Positions 60,511 to 64,000 of a stretch of 64,000 nt of DNA are shown here, piece after piece. Each line of letters begins with the position of its first letter. The stretch's first letter is position 1. A model generated the notes under the pieces. That model was not told where the DNA came from. It was given only the letters and a program-made list of their open reading frames with translations, and did no database searches. Position numbers and translations under genes: made by a program. This DNA is from Candidatus Methanophagaceae archaeon GoMg1. Its GTDB lineage: Archaea; Halobacteriota; Syntropharchaeia; Alkanophagales; Methanospirareceae. The DNA lies in the NCBI GenBank assembly GCA_013180605.1, contig QBUL01000189.1, positions 2,483-66,482 on the forward strand, in the 5' to 3' direction.

Positions 60511-60633
60511 AAATAATCCGGGTAGTAAAGCGAACAGACATGTTCCTTAAACGCCCCTAGTCATTCTTACTTATATGGTGAAAATAATCTGGATAGTAAA
60601 ACGAACTGACACTTTTCTAGCATCTCTCAAAAG

Positions 60634-60774
60634 CTACCGCCGAGATCACGGAGAGCGCTGAAATGACAGAAGGTATGAGTTGTGAGTTGTCAGATGTGAG
60701 TTGTGAGTAGCCCTGGAATGGAACCTAAAACCTCGCACCTATACTGTCCTTCTGTGCTCTCAGCGGTAAACAAG
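60634..60774 (+). repeat. MITE-like element (same subfamily as 21451-21586)
   Basis: Shared 'accgccgagatcacggagagcgctga(g/a)atgac…aaggtatgagttgt' and 'aacctaaaacct' tracts. Confidence 0.7.
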
Positions 60775-60782
60775 AGCACCAC

Positions 60783-62597
60783 TCACAAATAATAATACCG
60801 CCCGCGCTTCTTCTGTTCCCTGTCCTTTGCTGACCCTATCTTATTTATCCGTGGTCGAAGCGTGTTTTCATCACGCCTGAACGTCAAACCCAAATCGTGC
60901 AAAAATAAATTCATCCCCTCTTGCATCCCAAAACACCCCTTTATCTCCCCTCGTACGCCTGGCTCACCGTCGAAAACCATTAGCCTATCGCTTAACAAAT
61001 CTATCAAATATATGTCATGGTCTACAATCAATCCCGATGCGCCTCGTCGCTCCATATACCGCCTTAATGTTTTTATCAACCGTGCCTTCTGCTCCACATC
61101 GAGATGCGCTGACGGCTCGTCCAGCATATACAATGATGCATCCTGACAAAGACACGCAGCTATCGCAACGTTTTGTAATTCACCGCCACTTAGTTCTCTC
61201 AGGTTCTTTTCCTCTAAGTCCGCAATTCCCAACGGGTCTATCACGTCAATGAGGTCCGCTTCGCTTAATTCCCCTTTTACAGAATGAATAAAATCCTTCA
61301 CGCGTATATCCCGCTCGCCACTCTGTAAAGACTTAATATATTGCGGCTTGTAAGAGACGTTAATATCAAATGATTGTGCGGCTTTTTTTCCCGCTGTCGG
61401 CTCTGTTTCACCTGCTAATACGCTCACAAACGTGCTTTTACCAATGGCGTTTCTTCCCACTATCCCCAATATTTCCCCTTTCCCTATACTGCCCGGCTTC
61501 GCATTCAATACGAACCCATCACCGTCACCGTATCTCTTCTCAAACCCGTCATATTCGACGAAGACATTCCTCACCTCTTGTTGCTCCCTCGGTGGATGTA
61601 CATTGAATTCTATTGGCTTATCTCGTATTCGCACGTTTTCTGCATGCAAGAAACCACTTAAATATTCGTTTATCCCTCTGTTCGTGCTCTTTGGCATTGT
61701 TACAACACCATACTTGCCGGGCTCACCATAGATGAGATGCACATAATCCGCAAGCATGTCGAGGATAGCGAGGTCGTGTTCCACCACAACTACTGCCTTA
61801 TCCTTCAAAACTTCTTTCATTCCTCTCGCTACTCTCGCTCTCTGATAAATGTCCAGATAGGGTGTTATTTCGTCAAAGAAGTAGAAATCCGCATCTTTTA
61901 TCATTGTTGCTATGATGGCAACCCGCTGCAATTCGCCGCCGCTCAGCTCCTTTATGTCCCTCCCCCGCGCTTCTTCAAGTTCAAAATCCTTCACAAGCCG
62001 TTTCCCTACTCCTCGTTCGTCGGTAATATCCAGCAACTCCTGAACTTTACCATCAAAGTATTCAGGAATTGTATCTATATACTGCGGCTTATAAGCCACC
62101 TTAATATCCCCTTTCGCCAGCTTATCGAAGTAATTCTGTAATTCAGACCCTGCATACCGCTTTTTTATCTTATCCCAACTCGGCTTTTCTTTTTCTTCTT
62201 CTGCCTCAAAGTTTACTTTGCCAAGGTTTGGAACCTGCAATCCCGATAGTATTTTAATTGCCGTGCTCTTTCCTATCCCATTCTCTCCTATCGTTCCCGT
62301 TATCTTACCCGCCTTTGGAATCGGCATTCCGTAAAGGACGAACCCGTTTTCACCATATCTGTGCGTCTCCTTACCTTTCAGCTCTTCTGGCAACCCGATT
62401 ATGGAAATAGCATTAAAGGGGCACTTTTTTATGCAAATCCCACAACCCTCGCATAAATCCTCGGATATTACTGGCTTGCCATGTTCACCCACAACTATCG
62501 TTTCTACCCCTGTGCGTACCATCGGGCAGTATTTTATGCATTCATACTCGCATTTCCTCGGTTGGCACTTATCATGCTCCAATATCGCTATCCGCAT
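60783..62597 (-). CDS. abce1: ABCE1 / RNase L inhibitor-type ribosome recycling factor
   Basis: N-terminal 4Fe-4S '[15 protein letters not shown]…[12 protein letters not shown]' plus two ABC domains. Confidence 0.95.
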   Translation of the reverse strand: MRIAILEHDKCQPRKCEYECIKYCPMVRTGVETIVVGEHGKPVISEDLCEGCGICIKKCPFNAISIIGLPEELKGKETHRYGENGFVLYGMPIPKAGKITGTIGENGIGKSTAIKILSGLQVPNLGKVNFEAEEEKEKPSWDKIKKRYAGSELQNYFDKLAKGDIKVAYKPQYIDTIPEYFDGKVQELLDITDERGVGKRLVKDFELEEARGRDIKELSGGELQRVAIIATMIKDADFYFFDEITPYLDIYQRARVARGMKEVLKDKAVVVVEHDLAILDMLADYVHLIYGEPGKYGVVTMPKSTNRGINEYLSGFLHAENVRIRDKPIEFNVHPPREQQEVRNVFVEYDGFEKRYGDGDGFVLNAKPGSIGKGEILGIVGRNAIGKSTFVSVLAGETEPTAGKKAAQSFDINVSYKPQYIKSLQSGERDIRVKDFIHSVKGELSEADLIDVIDPLGIADLEEKNLRELSGGELQNVAIAACLCQDASLYMLDEPSAHLDVEQKARLIKTLRRYMERRGASGLIVDHDIYLIDLLSDRLMVFDGEPGVRGEIKGCFGMQEGMNLFLHDLGLTFRRDENTLRPRINKIGSAKDREQKKRGRYYYL

Positions 62598-62992
62598 TTC
62601 ATTGTACGTTCTAAAATTCGTAAAGCAAGCAAAGCAGCATTTTCGCCGTTGTCTATGCCTACTACCGCTACAGGAACACCCGGCGGCATCTGCACCATGG
62701 AAAGCAGAGCATCCATACCGAGCAACTTCCCACTCACGGGAATACCAATCACGGGCTTTTTCGTTTTTGACGCTATTACGCCCGGCAATGCCGCCGATAA
62801 CCCTGCAATTGCTATTATCACGTCCACTTCTTCTTCGCTTTCTTTTAAATATCTATCCAGCTCATCGGGATTCCTGTGTGCAGAAATCACCTTCACGTCA
62901 TAAGAAATCTTATGCTCATCCAGCACCTTTACCACTTTGTCCGCTATCGCCCTATCGCTCTCCGAGCCCAGTATCACCGCTATTTTATCCAC
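62588..62992 (-). CDS. purE: N5-carboxyaminoimidazole ribonucleotide mutase-type PurE (short archaeal form)
   Basis: '[10 protein letters not shown]…[13 protein letters not shown]…[20 protein letters not shown]'. Confidence 0.8.
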   Translation of the reverse strand: MDKIAVILGSESDRAIADKVVKVLDEHKISYDVKVISAHRNPDELDRYLKESEEEVDVIIAIAGLSAALPGVIASKTKKPVIGIPVSGKLLGMDALLSMVQMPPGVPVAVVGIDNGENAALLALRILERTMKCG

Positions 62993-63274
62993 TTTTGTTT
63001 CACCATCATTGCCTCAAAAGAATAAAAAGAGAAAAGGTTTATAAAGAGATTATTTATCTTTTATTATAAAGAGGTATTTTCACAATGGAAGCGAACATAA
63101 GCGTATCAAAAGCCATGGGTTGGGTAGGCTTAGGAATCCTGTTCGCTATCGCAATCTATCTGGCTCTTCTTATTGCAGGAGTTGTCCATTAAAACCACGA
63201 GATTTCACGAGATTAACACAAGAAAATGAAGCAATAGGGGCAGAATAGTCAATGGGGTACTGAAACATAATTAT

Positions 63275-63310
63275 TGTATTCTCGTGGAAATCTGTGTAAT
63301 CTTGTGGTTC
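63275..63310 (+). repeat. Third short repeat family, 'cgtggaaatctgtgtaatcttgtggtt' (also at 59143-59170, and inverted at 41440-41470)
   Basis: 27/28 identity between 59143-59170 and 63282-63309. Confidence 0.7.
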
Positions 63311-63318
63311 ACTTTGCT

Positions 63319-63987
63319 TTAGCCCTTCGCTCTTTCCTCCATCATACAGGTGAACTCTTCAGGGTCTCTTATCTTTTTCAACTCCTCTTTCCTTATCAAA
63401 ACCGTATTATCTACTTGCACTCGTTTGACATTACCATTCACCACGAGCACCGATTTCGTTCGCGTAACCTGCGACAAACTGCTTATTATTCTCGCTTTTT
63501 TTATCATTCGCTCGGTGTATTTGCTTATACCCGTGAGAATTTTCATCCTTTCGCTTTCCTCTCCGCTCAGTCGTTGCGATTGTGGAAGCGAAACGGCATT
63601 AAAAGGAGCATACGCAGTTCTAAATATCTCAAATCCTATCTCTTCCATTACTCCTAAAATATCCTCCTCTAAATCCGAAGCCACTTCTTCTACTCGCGCT
63701 CCCGGAATGTCCCGCGCCTGCCGTGGCAAAGAGTTTTCAAATTCGGACTTTAAAAACTCCAGAATTTCTATTAGCTTTGTATCTAATATTTCCTCCAGTT
63801 TTAGTGCAATGTCTATTGTCGTACTCGCCCCGCCTTCCTCATATTTGCTGACACTCCTCCTTGAAACACCTAATTCCGCAGCAACGTCACCTAAGGAAAG
63901 TTCCTTCCGCTCTCTTGCCCACTGCATCTCTTCGCCGTCTATATTAACATACAAGCCACCCGTGGCAGAATAGACGTAGGGGTGCAC
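63319..63987 (-). CDS. HTH (XRE-type) transcriptional regulator with a C-terminal COG1395-like domain
   Basis: 'LSLGDVAAELGVSRRSVSKYEEG' HTH. Confidence 0.5.
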   Translation of the reverse strand: MHPYVYSATGGLYVNIDGEEMQWARERKELSLGDVAAELGVSRRSVSKYEEGGASTTIDIALKLEEILDTKLIEILEFLKSEFENSLPRQARDIPGARVEEVASDLEEDILGVMEEIGFEIFRTAYAPFNAVSLPQSQRLSGEESERMKILTGISKYTERMIKKARIISSLSQVTRTKSVLVVNGNVKRVQVDNTVLIRKEELKKIRDPEEFTCMMEERAKG

Positions 63988-64000
63988 GCCTCCGATGAAA

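Noticed and set aside
63060-63190. 35-codon ORF (MEANISVSKAMGWVGLGILFAIAIYLALLIAGVVH) upstream of purE
   Set aside because: It could be a genuine single-TM micro-protein, but it is too short to support without expression or conservation data.

Overview
This 64-kb window looks like a euryarchaeal chromosome segment, probably from the Methanosarcinales / ANME-2 / Methanoperedens group. I base that on a TFB gene, an ABCE1 gene, a PGF-CTERM surface protein, a fused cbiZ-cobZ gene, a recurring extended promoter element ending in a TTTATATA TATA box, leaderless-looking starts, and about 45% GC. The window is mostly housekeeping genes interrupted by a lot of short repeats and decayed mobile DNA.

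Coding content I can support:
- A PfkB-family sugar kinase and proA.
- A surface-protein/MacB-like ABC exporter cluster (regulator, COG1361 surface protein, ATPase, two FtsX permeases).
- An amino-acid-kinase-family gene, tfb, htpX and an archaeal cytidylate kinase (cmk).
- A LeuA/NifV-family synthase followed directly by aconitase and an NADP-isocitrate dehydrogenase. I read this as a candidate Re-citrate synthase / oxidative TCA branch operon.
- dnaK and dnaJ, separated by a 4.4-kb insert that carries a nucleotidyltransferase, a U32 protein, a DNPH1/Rcl ortholog and a proteasome-beta/HslV/Anbu-like N-terminal-nucleophile hydrolase with Thr immediately after Met.
- A protein with an RPA-like OB fold fused to an unknown domain.
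- A Fic protein and cobA.
- A block of secreted and surface proteins (metallophosphoesterase, FG-GAP propeller, PGF-CTERM paralogs).
- A MoxR-DUF58-DUF4350-DUF4129 operon.
- hisB sitting among decayed IS elements.
- rlmE, cbiB, a disrupted Kelch-repeat surface-protein gene, cobD, a cbiZ-cobZ fusion, ABCE1 and purE.

The non-coding DNA is unusually structured. At least four short repeat families recur:
- A roughly 110-bp CAGATTAAC direct/inverted-repeat cassette that carries a strong promoter.
- A roughly 130-bp MITE-like element with TCACCGCAGAG / CTCTGCGGTGA terminal inverted repeats, present in at least 7 copies at gene 3' ends.
- An AATCTGTGTAATCTTGTGG motif.
- A CTTTCTAAAGAAAG hairpin family.
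Copies are nested in each other, and two of them supply the C-terminal codons of host genes.

There is also a truncated group II intron sitting inside an IS5 transposase remnant, plus fragmented IS4/IS1634-like transposases. I found no rRNA genes, no tRNA genes and no CRISPR array. Any mention of family matches or domain databases comes from my memory of motifs, not from searches.
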